Part shown: positions 22,697-34,139 of the stretch, one piece after another
Layout: the number at the start of each line of letters is the position of its first letter
Numbering within the stretch: the first letter of the stretch is position 1
Assembly (NCBI RefSeq): GCF_001194135.2
Contig: NC_068999.1
Span: 19,738,342-19,775,256, forward strand
Length of the DNA: 36,915 nucleotides
Source: Octopus bimaculoides
Lineage: Eukaryota
Direction: 5' to 3'
Position numbers and translations under genes: made by a program
Notes under the pieces: model-generated
What the model was told of the DNA's origin: nothing
The model's database searches: none
Seen by the model: the letters and a program-made list of their open reading frames with translations, nothing else

Positions 22697-23246
22697 GAGA
22701 GAGCAGTGCATGCCATCAAAGTTACACTGGGGTACAAATATACAAAGCCGAAAATACCCATCATGACTACCCGTCTGATAACGATATACCAGGCACATAC
22801 ATAACAAGCATGTGTGCCACATGGTGATCTCATATTACGATAATCAGCACATGACCTTGTAGGTGGGTCCTAATTAGAATTTTCGTCAGGCCAAGAAGCT
22901 CATCCCGCTCAACTTGTCCCTGAATAAGGGTTGTTTAAGGATGATGAATGAAACTCCCATGTTTCCAGTGGTGACTTATCCAGGCACCAAAGAATTCCTC
23001 TCAACACATGGCTATGATGCTCCCCAGCTACTTCTGTTCCTGATCAGAAATGCACATATCATCTGCCACTAAGTTACATGTTTAACAGGCGAAGGTCAAG
23101 CAAGTAACAGCCAAACGTGCGGTATTGGGCAGAATATTTGCTGGAGCCCATCTTTTATAGCAATACAAAATATGTACATGATAACACTTCAAATGAGTTA
23201 AGATCAGAAGCGGTGAGAGCCACTGCTTGGTACTGCGCTAGGTCAT
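22697..23246. mobile_element. ~550-bp non-coding interspersed repeat flanked by ATT/TTA remnants
   Basis: Its first ~190 bp align at about 75% by eye with 26495-26690. Both ends abut ttattag/tttattatta. No ORF is recognisable. Confidence 0.7.
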
Positions 23247-23714
23247 TTATTTATTATTACGGAAGTTTTGCTGTTACACATTGTTATACATTGTACATTT
23301 ATTATTGTTACGTAGTTAAACAAACCAGGACATTGGGTAGCTGGTTAGTTCTTCTCCAAGATGCTATTTCGGTGTCTGGGCTAAGACGCTCCTGATTAGT
23401 TTTGCTAAAATCAAAAATAGCCAACGAAAATTGTCCCTCTACTGAATGGAACAGCCGGTTGTCCGGAAGAGAGGACAGCCAAGTCATGAAAGACAGCAGC
23501 AGCAACAAGAACAGTAGCGACGGCAAACATGAAAACGAAATTGCCTTGCTTCTGCCCTCCCCTCCACTATCGTAGGAACCTAAAAAAATACCAAAAGCAA
23601 CTACACAAACGAAAGCACTGACGCGTCCACGCTATCACTGGTGCCAGCAGCAGGTCCAACACCACCATCATAGCCAACATGAGTGACACAAATGCAACGA
23701 AATCGAAACCTATT

Positions 23715-23812
23715 CTGTCTATCGACTTTTCTTTCTTCTTTATCGCATACCTTGTTGTCAGCTGGGCATGCTATATCTATGATCCAGCGTCGTTTGCCTT
23801 CTATCTTTATTA
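23715..23812 (-). mobile_element. R4/Dong-clade LINE restriction-like endonuclease fragment
   Basis: KRRWIIDIACPADNKVCDKEERKVDR matches the RLE motif (C.iiDia.P.D......KE.EK..KY). It begins at a (TAA)n remnant at ~23808-23825. Confidence 0.75.
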
Positions 23813-24094
23813 TTATTATCATTATTTTTATTATAACATATTTTATATACGCTGAATAGATTGGACTTTTGGAAAAAATTCCTAACATCGGGCTACAACA
23901 AATATCTTTAGACGCTAAGAAACTTACTAAGTATCCTAGCTATCCCTAATAATACTATTTCTAAGACTCTACTAAACTAGATTTAATGCCTATTTCATCT
24001 ATCCATCTGTTGAAATCTTTAGGAGTAGTTCCTAATGCAGGGATACGTATTAACTGCTCTTTCCATAGCGTCTGTAACTCAATGGCTAACAATT

Positions 24095-24124
24095 ATAATA
24101 ATAATAATAATAATATAGTAGTAA

Positions 24125-24195
<71 letters not shown>

Positions 24196-24306
24196 NNNNN
24201 NNNNNNNNNNNTGGTGGTGGTGGTGGTGGCGGCGGCGGCGGCGGCGGTGGTGGTGGTGGTAGTAATAGTAGTAGCAGTTTAGCAGCAGCAGCAATAGTAT
24301 TAGTAT

Positions 24307-24370
<64 letters not shown>
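24095..24370. repeat. Compound trinucleotide array (AAT)(AGT)-gap-(GGT)(GGC)(AGC)(AGT), N gap 24196-24211
   Basis: Direct reading. Confidence 0.95.
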
Positions 24371-25135
24371 TTTGATGTTCTGTTGTTTTATCTTATCAAG
24401 CCCAGCATAGCTTCCTCCCTTCTAAACATAGTATTTAAGCAGATGAAATTATGTTAAGAATATTTTTGGGAAACCAAAGAGCTAAACAGAGAAGAGAAGC
24501 TATTAAATTTATTTTGCTAAGATTCTTTTAGTCTCTCTCTTTCCCTCTTCCATCACCGTAAAAAACAACAACTTATAAATTTTAAAACACCACAAATACT
24601 CAAACTCACATTTTTTTTATTGACTACAGACAAAAGAAATAAACAGAGCAAATTCAATTAGCACAATACACCAATTTCACAAGATATAAATAATGATAGT
24701 CTAAGAGAAAGCGATACAAATAACAATAGCAGTAACATTGAGGAAGTTACAGGCAGTGAAGTGTTTGGCCAAGTTCATATACGAATTATTAGTTCGAGTT
24801 TAGAAACAGGAAATACTTTCGTACTTACATTGTTTCGTTGAAGCAATCGAGGCAGATTGGGTTTAGATATACACTCCTTAAAGGAAAAGAGTCAACCTGG
24901 CAGACAAGTGTTACGAGGGAAGAAGCATCACTACATCACACCTTTGTAGAAGACCATGCCTAATGAATAACAAGGATAAATACGTCCACCATTTCGTGGA
25001 ATGTATGTTATTTTTTCCTAGCCGCACAATTGAATGTGCCTGCAGCTAAATATTATCATCATCATAATCAGGTAATTCATCATCATCGTCATCATCATTA
25101 TCATTATTCTCGTCAGCAGCAACTTGTTGTTGCTG

Positions 25136-25241
<106 letters not shown>

Positions 25242-26401
25242 TTAGATTTAATCAGCGTATTTGTTGCAAACATTCGCCAAGACACACCTAGCGTCTTGGG
25301 GCAATTGAAGGATAAGAGATGTTACAGCATGACTGAAAGCTTCAGGAGTTGGGGAGTGGCAGGGCAGTATTGAGATATCTTAAGGCAATACAACATGTAC
25401 ATTTAAATTGACAGGATTTTTCTAAGGATGTGAGCAGTATTTGTTAGCACAACCTTTGAATTTCGGTGAGACATAGTTCCTCTGGGATATTATCGAAATG
25501 TTTCAGACATCTCCTTATATCATACCTAGGGGACCCACAATAAGGAGAAGAGTTCTCCCCTTAAAATTTCACCTCTTTTGTATTTCAATTTCCAGGTCCT
25601 TATATTTACAAAATTTGTCAAATTCCTTTACAGATATTTTTTTTATCATTAGGGACACTTACATTTATTAGTCTCTAAGTAATTCTCCCCTTTTCTTTAA
25701 TGACTATGTCTGGTCGATTAGCCTGTATCGTTCAGTTGGAGTTGACTGGAAAATCCCAGAAGATGGTGACATTTTTACCTGTAACCACTGGCTCAGGATG
25801 ATGTTAATACCAGTAAGCAAGAGTGCTGATTTTGTAGTGTTCACATATTTTCCAATGTAAATGCTGTCTTACACCGTCGTGGCGATTTTTGTATTCGTTT
25901 GGTGTCAGTGCAGGACATCCCGAGATGCCATGGTCTATTGTTTCGTTAAATTTATCGCAGAATCTGCATTCACGGTCAGAAGCGTTGTGAAAAATGTTAG
26001 CGTGGTAGTTTTTGGTAACCAATATTTGATCTTGTGCCGCCAAAGTGAAACCTTCAGTCTCTGTATTCAGTCCTGGGCTTCTGAGCCAGTGATGGGTTGT
26101 TGCTTGGTCTACATTAGCATTTCGGCTTCGAAGAATATACTGTCCATGCGGACGCTTCTGGCTCAACCGCTCCTCAATTTGCTTCTGCTCTTTCATTGTT
26201 GCAGTCTGTTTAATCCGTTTTGTTTTTGTTTTGCATGGCATTGGTTTCGGGTTATTCATCCTAATCAGGTTTAATATCAAGTTCCTTTGCAAATTTCCTT
26301 GACAAGAGCATGTGAATTTTTGCTTGCGTTCGTGTTTGCACACAAGCCGCAGCGTCAAGTATTCCGTACTAGATAACTACTTATTCATTGCTATTTTGGA
26401 G

Positions 26402-26402
<1 letters not shown>
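25242..26402 (-). mobile_element. 5'-truncated R4/Dong-clade non-LTR retrotransposon (ORF C-terminus + 3' UTR)
   Basis: ORF 25804..26358 contains HGQY, WL..PGL..ETEGF..AAQDQ, the CCHC knuckle CRFCDKFNETIDHGISGC and RHD..HWKIC. It continues through frameshifts as DFPVN..TIQANRPDIVI..INVSVPND..KEFDKFCKYKDLEIEI..IVGPLG..TAHILRKILSI*, which is the PD-(D/E)xK endonuclease. A short 3' UTR and trinucleotide tail follow. Confidence 0.9.

Positions 26403-26403
<1 letters not shown>

Positions 26404-26448
<45 letters not shown>
26404..26448. repeat. (ATT)n at the 5' junction of the Dong-like LINE
   Basis: Direct reading. Confidence 0.95.
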
Positions 26449-26449
<1 letters not shown>

Positions 26450-26494
26450 GTTTCATTACCATTATCATTATTAGTTGTTGTTGTTATTATTACT

Positions 26495-26690
26495 GAGTGG
26501 GGGAGCAGTGCATGGCATCAAAGTGACACTGGGGTAAAATATACGAAGCCCAGTATACCCATCATAAATACTCGTCGGATAAGGGTACACCAGGCAATGC
26601 ATGACAGACATATGTGTGTGACATAGTGATCTCATATGAGGATACCCAGCGCATGATCTTGCAGTTGAGGCCCAGTTAGAATTTTTGTTC
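26495..26690. mobile_element. Truncated second copy of the 22697-23246 repeat
   Basis: gagcagtgcatggcatcaaagtgacactggggtaaaatatacgaagccc...gtgatctcatat...gttagaatttt aligns to 22700-22885 and ends at (TA)n 26700-26740. Confidence 0.8.
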
Positions 26691-26697
26691 ATATACA

Positions 26698-26743
<46 letters not shown>

Positions 26744-27239
26744 TTCAAATATATCATCATACACAAGCGTGACTCTGTGACTCTGCTTACAGCATATTGC
26801 CTGAGGTTATATAATAACACCTTTGACTATATAATAACAAGCAGTTTTAAAGAATCCAGAAATGTGTCACTCTAAGCTACCTGCGCAACCGTAAAGCAAT
26901 GTTAGTCCGATCGCTGCTTATCGACACGTTTCGTATGTTAATATATCTTAGAAAACGTACACGATATTAAGTGTCCTTGAAATGTGGTGTGAAGTATGAA
27001 GAGAATAATACTTGCTAACATTAGAAATATTTTAATCACCTCCTATTTTAATCAATTACAATTTTGTAATGTTCCATGTGTTAAATGTGTTCGCATTCAT
27101 TGAATCTCATTCCTAAAAAAAAAAGAAGTATGTTGGTGGACTGCATAATCACCGCTTGACACCGTCATTAACGTTATTCGTTTGCTAAAATCCTTCTTCA
27201 ATTGAAAATTGGCTTCATTTTGATTGCGCCTCATTTCAT

Positions 27240-27490
27240 CCGTTTTTTTCTCTCCTTCCTTTCTCTTTCCATCTTTATGTTATTTTCTCTGATTTTCTAC
27301 CTCTCCGTCCTTTCACTTCTACCTCTTTAGCAATGCGGCTTTCTCTATATTCCTCTATGACACTTTTTTTCTGTTAGTCTTTTCTGTCTTTCTTCTCTGC
27401 GCTCTCTAACAATTAATCTCCTATCTAAGTATCTCTCTCTTAATTCGCATCTCTTTCCCTTCTTATGTTTTCCCTTTCCTCTGTCATTGC
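27240..27490. repeat. Polypyrimidine (CT-rich) low-complexity tract
   Basis: About 250 bp strongly dominated by C and T on the plus strand. Confidence 0.8.
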
Positions 27491-28808
27491 AAATCCGTAA
27501 TCAATTTATAATCTTTACAAAAATCTGTTTTATCCAAAACATTTCTTCCAGGGATTCTGTGAAACGTCGATTTACTTTCACGAAATAGCATCTAAATCTC
27601 CTCCACACATTCAACAAGCTTTCATGATCCTAGAAACAATGCGTTAGAAGAATAAAGAAGATAAAATTACTTCGCCATGCTGGTCTTTTTCTCAATGAAA
27701 ACAATGACGTCGTTCCACCAAACATCAATCCATCTACGGTTACAATTGCTAAACTAAGAAATGTCACGCTATCACACAACAAAAATATCTATATAGTCTA
27801 GATGTCAGTGACATAAAAATTAACTATCACTTATTTTTCCTACAATTTATCGTAGATCTAAAATACTGACTGATTTACCTTCTAATATCAGTCTGAATCA
27901 TTTCACGCGTTCGACGCAATGATTCTGAAAAACAAACAGTACTCTTTATTGCTTTCAAGAATCAGGATATTTTGTCTTTGATATTCCGGAAATTTGGCAA
28001 ATTTATCTCCTCTCACTAACCACTTGTTTTCCACAGATATTCTTTCACGATTATAGTTTTATAAATTTTACAGACAAAAGAAGAATAGGTGTTTTAGTGG
28101 TGTACGGAATTGCGCGGCTGGCAGAGTTAAATTCCTGTTCATTATATGTAGTAGATGTTGGTTGATTAGTAATAATGGCGCCAGAGGCAGTGCCTGGTTC
28201 TCGTACTATAAACAGCAATGAATGTATGTGATATGGCAGAGTTCATTGTTACAGTATCGTCAGCATTGTTTTCTTCAAGTCGCTAGTTAATATTTGGTAT
28301 ATTGCCGTTGGTTACCATGGAGTTGGTAGTGCAAACGTGAAGCTTTTCATTCCTCAAGATTTGTATGGATGCAAGTTCTCTGGTAGTTTACAATTTGTTT
28401 GAATCCATTGAAACCAGCATGTAAGGTGTTACCTACCATGAGTCTAGTGAAAAATATTACTAAATCACAAATTCTTTTTCTCGCATGTCTCGAGCGATAC
28501 AGCTCTATGATATCCACAATTTCTTCATGTGACCTGGTTTATTGATTCTAACAATGAAATATTGCAGAAAGAGACGGTAAATAGTTAGCCATTCTTAGTT
28601 CGCCTCTGTATTTCTTTCATTTTGCATTCCTTTCGTTAAAACAAGTATTAATCTAATTTTATGTCACAAAATAATTCAATATAATTGGTCTATATTACCA
28701 TGCGTGTGTATTTATATACATGCCCATGTCACAATTTCCATAAGCATACTGAGACACGCACACAAACAATATATATCTATATATAAAATATCCGTGTATG
28801 TATATATG

Positions 28809-28849
<41 letters not shown>

Positions 28850-28850
<1 letters not shown>

Positions 28851-29060
28851 GAAGTGAGTGGTTTAGTGCGCTGGACACATGATCGTAAGATCGCGGTTTC
28901 GATTCCTGGCGATGTCTTGTGCTCTTGAGCAAAATACTTCATTTCACGTTACTCCAGTCCACTCATCTGGCAAAAGTGGGTAATCCTGAGAAGTATCCGC
29001 GTCCCGTCCAGGTGTAGAATATATACGCCACTGAAACCAAGAAACCATCCCTTATGAGCA
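28850..29060 (+). mobile_element. tRNA-derived SINE 5' part
   Basis: A-box-like tggtttagtg, B-box-like ggtttcgattcc, then tgtgctcttgagcaaaatacttcatttcacgttactccagtccactca. Confidence 0.7.
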
Positions 29061-29099
29061 AGGAATGGTTCGAGAAGGTAAAATGTATGTTTTGCGTAG

Positions 29100-29115
29100 G
29101 TGTGTTGTGTGTGTG

Positions 29116-29189
<74 letters not shown>

Positions 29190-29215
29190 TGTGTATTTGT
29201 GTGTGTATGTGAATG
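29100..29215. repeat. (GT)n microsatellite
   Basis: Direct reading; a poly-T run follows at ~29267-29287. Confidence 0.95.
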
Positions 29216-30814
29216 TGTTGCGAAGAATATTGGCCGAAATTATCAAAAATGGAACATACTTCTTCTGTTTTTTTTTTTTTTTTTTTTAAACTAATCTCAT
29301 CATTGATCTTTCCAATCAAATGCAAGCCGAATCTCGTGTGTGAGTTAAATTCAGGAGAGGGAAATAATATAAAGTGTATCGTTAATTCATTTTATCATGA
29401 TTAGCTTTTGCCATTAATCTCAAATGCATTTTATCGTTTTCTTGGAAAGAAGTATTTAATTTACTATGCATAGTATTTTTGAACTATTTCTTTAAAATTT
29501 TGGTGATATTGTATGTTTTTATCTTATTTAGATTTGGTTTACTTCTAGTATTTAATTCTATGTCTCATTGTTTAATTCATTCTGGGAAATATTAGTACAC
29601 AGCTTGCTGTAAGTCTATTAATAAAGATTATTGTATTTGTAATAATGTGAAAAGCTGCGTAAAGTCACATATTTCTGTAATTTGACAATTCACCCAGGAA
29701 CTCATTTCAATAAAGTTTATATTTTTATGGCTAATTAGTTGATTAAGTTATTGGATCTTTTATAGGAATGCTGCGATTGCATATAAATGAGTAAAAAAAA
29801 TAAATTACGAGAAAAAAAACAATTTCAGTTTTTCTTCTCTTCGAATATTACACAGATCTTTTAAAATGAAAGAATTATAAAAGATGAAATAACAAACTCT
29901 GAAATTGTATAATGATTTGTAGTATTGTGTATTTTTCTCTTATTTAATTTTTAGCACTTGGTTGATTTTTGAAAAGAAAGGCATTGAAGAACGATGTCAA
30001 ATATTATTGCTGGATGTAATAAGATATCGTTAATGCATTCCTAGCATATAAAACTACGAAACAAATATATAAAACATTATTTTTAGTGAAATACGAAAGA
30101 GAATATATTTCCATCGGTGAAAATGTTATAAGTTAGAACACTTAACGTGTTCGTATCCATTGTCATCACATGGTAATTGCTGGTAACACATTATGCTACT
30201 TGAAATATTTCAGTATTCACAAAATTATTCGCCTATAGTGTTCTTCAGTCTATTAATTCAATCTCCTCTGACATTATAATTTATAGAAATTCTAACAAGT
30301 CTCATGACATAGAAACTCCTCATTTGATTTATATTCATTCCTTCTTAAAATACTGACAATGTCACTTAGTACTGCACATCTGATTTTCTATATTCTTCCT
30401 TTATTTTTTTATCTTGCACTCAATTTCTCAAATGTCAATTGTCTTCGTTTTCCATACACGGCCAATTAGTAAATTCGAAATATGCGCAGCTTCCATGGCA
30501 ACATATATGAAGAATAGAGTTGAAGAAATTAATCATTCCTTCCACTTCAGTTCAAATTATGTGCCACTGCGTACTAGTTTATCAAATGTCAACTACGTAC
30601 GCATAAGAGTTCTAAAAGAGCGAATCAATGATTAATTAAATTTAGCAACAAAATTATAAATATAGTTGCGTACAGCATCTGTTAAAGAGAATGAAGTAAC
30701 GAAGGAATCGAAGATCTTATTTTTTTTTTCTTTTTCAAATTTCAATCAGGGGGGAAGTCATTGTCCAATGACTGTTTTAAAAGAACTCTGAGACTTGTGG
30801 TGTGAAGAAATTTA

Positions 30815-31027
30815 TATCGATTTCAAATTTCAGCACAAGGCCAGCCGTTTCGGGGGAGGATGTAAGTCGATTACCTCGACCTCAGTGGTCAACTGGTACT
30901 TATTTTATCATCCCCGAACAGATGACAGTCGACCGCCACGGAATTTGAGCTCAGGACGTACAGACGGACGAAATACCACTAAGCATTTTGCCCTGCGTGC
31001 TAACAATTCTGATACCACGCCACCTTC
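30815..31027 (-). mobile_element. SINE
   Basis: cacaaggccagc...taagtcgattacctcgacc...ctggtacttattttatc...cggaatttgagctcaggacgta...gacgaaataccactaagcattttgccc...gctaacaattctg...cgccacctt. Confidence 0.8.
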
Positions 31028-31399
31028 CGGAAGAAATATATGTGAAACCGGAGACATGTTGCAAATACTTGGTACGGATTTCTTTTAGCTAATGATAAAC
31101 AGAGTGAAAGATAAAGTGTACATTTTCGCAGGAATATCTTAGAGAAAGCTCATTGTTGTTATCTAGCACTAACAATATTCAGTGTACATTTATCTTTGAG
31201 GAATATACATTGATATTTGAAGGCAATTAGGCAAATATTGCCAGCACAAAGAAAGAAGTAAGAAAGAGTGTACAGTACTCTCTCATGAGTAATTCACAAG
31301 GTTACGACCATAAATATGTAAAGGCTGATTCAACAATGCCGTGATTTTAATGCTTTAATGGGTACACAGTCGTATTCATTATTTTCTACCTTCATTATA

Positions 31400-31595
31400 T
31401 TCCAAACGTTAGTACAAGGCCAGCATGTTCGGAGAAAAAAAACGAGTCGATTTTGATGACGTTAGTGCTCAACTTGTATACGTTTTATCGAACCTGAAAG
31501 GGATGAAAAGCAAAAGTCGACCTCGGCGACATTTGAACTCAGAAAGTAAAAACAGACGAAATGCCGCTAATGGTGCAAACGATTTTATAAGTTCG
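31400..31595 (-). mobile_element. SINE (left member of inverted pair)
   Basis: acaaggccagc...gagtcgatt...ttttatcgaacctgaaagggatgaaa...agtcgacctcggcgacatttgaactcagaa...acagacgaaatgccgctaa. Confidence 0.8.
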
Positions 31596-31627
31596 TTCCT
31601 TACAGAGCATATTAATGTTAAAGTTTG

Positions 31628-31840
31628 ACAAGGCGGAAAGATGACTGAATCGTTAGAGTGGCGAGTAAAGTGCTTAGCGGCATTTCGTCTGTGCTTACGG
31701 TCTGAGGTCAAATTCCGCCGAGAACGATCTTGCATTTTATAATTTCTAGGGCGGATAAAATATGATCCATTTGGATATTGAGTCGAGACAATCAACCTAC
31801 CTCTTTCCTAGTAATAGCTGGCCTTATGCCAAAATTTGGA
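31628..31840 (+). mobile_element. SINE (right member of inverted pair)
   Basis: aaggcgga...gaatcgttag...gcttagcggcatttcgtctgt...tctgaggtcaaattccgccgag...gataaaat...gctggccttatgccaaaatttggaa. Confidence 0.8.
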
Positions 31841-32320
31841 ACCAATATTAAACACTGATAACATTATCCGAAGGGTGGATTTTAAATACTTTAAAATATA
31901 AAGGCATATTCTTGCGAATGATTTTTTTTATTGATAAATACTTCCTGAATGACACTAGGATAGCAAAATTTACAGAGGGGAGAAAAGAAAAGACTATTTT
32001 TTGGCATCGAAAGTCCATGTTCTTGCATCGATAAATTAAGTACACGTCTAAAACCGCCCTTGCTGTTATTATCTCATATCTTTTGTCCTTGTGACTAAAT
32101 TATAATCAAATACATCAAGAGAGATCTGGCTTGACAAGTAGTGGAACATCAGGTACAGATAACTCTGATTAATCATGTGGGCTTTACATTCGCCAAGCAA
32201 TTTCGTCAATGATTTTTTTCAAAATTCTCGTCAAGTGAGATGCCGACTCGTTAATGACTTAACGCTGGTGATCAGATTTTATTTATAAATTAAATCTATT
32301 TCCATTAGTCAGGGGATACT

Positions 32321-32384
32321 ATGATTTATCGGAAAATTTATAACATCTAATAATGATTTATCGGAAAATTTATAACATCTAAAA
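32321..32384. repeat. 32-bp tandem duplication
   Basis: atgatttatcggaaaatttataacatctaa occurs twice (30 bp identical), starting at 32321 and 32353. Confidence 0.95.
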
Positions 32385-32663
32385 AGTACATTAAATATAT
32401 GGTGACTCTGCAAATGTCTATGATACGAATAATCAGGCCCAGGCTTTAGATACACCTTTAAATTAGAATATGCATAAAACTTCATTAAGACAAATACATA
32501 AAAACGCAGGCTAAAGGTACCAGATTCTGTTCTGAAAATACTACTCCCCATTCGTAGTAAAACAATGCTCTAATTTTCAGAAGAAGCCAAATTCTTTAGA
32601 GCACCCTTCCATAACAAAATATGTATATATGCTTCTGTATAGAAACATATACACACCTGCTTA

Positions 32664-32812
32664 TTTATATATATATATATATACATGTGTGTGTGTGTGT
32701 GTGTGTGTGCGTGTGTGTGTGCGTGTGTGTGTGTGTATGAATGTATGCATGTATGCATGTATGTATGCATGTATGTATGTATGTATGTATGTATGTATGT
32801 ATGTATGCATGT
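32664..32812. repeat. (TA)(GT)(ATGT)n compound microsatellite
   Basis: Direct reading. Confidence 0.9.
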
Positions 32813-32819
32813 ATTATAA

Positions 32820-33195
32820 CGGGGCACTCCATCGGTTATGACGATGAGGGTTCCAGTTGATCCGATCAACGGAACAGCCTGCACGTGAAATGAACACGCA
32901 AGTGGCTGAGCACTCCACAGACCCGTGTGCCCTTAACGTAGTTCTCGGGGAGATAGAACGTGACACAGAGTGTGACAAGGTTGGCCCTTTGAAATACACG
33001 TAAAACAGAAACAGGAAGAAAGAGTAAAAGTTGTGGTGAAATAGTAGAGCAGTTTTCACCACCACCTCCTGCCGGAGCCTCGTGGAGCTCTAGGCGTTTT
33101 CGAGCAAAAGACATTCACAACGCCCGATCTGGGAATCGAAACCGTGATCCTACGACTGCGAGTCTGCTGCCCTAACCAGTGAGCCAATTCGCCTC
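32820..33195 (-). mobile_element. Near full-length tRNA-derived SINE
   Basis: The minus head has an A-box-like tggctcactgg and a B-box-like ggtttcgattcc. The conserved body is gtcacactctgtgtcacg...actacgttaaggg...gtggagtgctcagccacttg...ctgttccgttgatcggatcaactggaaccctc, followed by an (ATAC)n tail. Confidence 0.85.
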
Positions 33196-33249
33196 TACAC
33201 ACACACACAAACGCACACACACGCGCGCGCGCATACATACATGTATATA

Positions 33250-33981
33250 TTATAAATATAATACAAAAATTTGACAAGAACGTAAAACATCCAGACAGTT
33301 AGGTGATACAGAAAAGGGACAACAAAACATCCAGACAGACGATACAAGGAAACAAGGACGAGTCATTCGGAGTTTTCTTTCCTCAGTCGAGTTCCAGATT
33401 ATCTTTGCAATTTCGGCTGGCTATACCCGAGATTGCTCCAATCTCGCCAACCCCGAGGAAAAAATAAGCTAAGAGCATTAGATTTCTGGGAAGAAAGTTG
33501 CGAATGTATACGAAAACAAGGACGGAAAAAACGGAGAAATGTTACACAAATATAATTGCAAATAACAGGACATAACAAGAGGTGTCTTTCGACTAAGGAC
33601 GAATCAAATTAAGCTGGCGTGTGTGAAAGTAAAGCCTTACGGCAGGTACATGTGTTTTGACAGGCACAGGGAGGAATACAGATGTTGCACGGATGGTAGT
33701 CGAACCCAGAAAGAAAAGTCAATCTTGAGCGAACATTGGTCACGTGGCGAGAGAAGAGAGAGAGGTAGAGTGAGGGGTATAGAAGAATTAACGAGGGGCG
33801 GTAAAAAATGAAAGGGACAGAGAAAAGTGAAAGATGAGAAAAAGTGAACATGAAGGCCAGGAAATGTGAAAGAGGGGGATCGAAAGAACAAAGAATGGAA
33901 TGAACGAAGTAAGTGTGAAAGGGGTGATAGAAAGAAGAAATGAATGAAAGAATCGAAAGAACAATAGTGTCGTACAAAATT

Positions 33982-34018
<37 letters not shown>

Positions 34019-34130
34019 TTACAAAAATGAAATCAAAGTGTATGTACGCCGCTATATTTGTATATATAAAAATATAAAATTGGGACAACAGTGAAAAATA
34101 TCCAGACAGTTAGGTGATACAAAAAAGTAA
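33250..34130. mobile_element. ~0.9-kb repeat with terminal direct repeat and GA-rich interior (family unassigned, possibly Penelope-like)
   Basis: atccagacagttaggtgataca is exact at 33289-33310 and 34100-34121, with similar upstream flanks. A purine-rich tract spans 33740-33960. Confidence 0.45.
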
Positions 34131-34139
34131 GCATATACA

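Noticed and set aside
33370-33460. Hairpin plus CTGAGGA/GAAA motifs as a hammerhead in the terminally repeated element
   Set aside because: The core boxes and stems are not in the required register.
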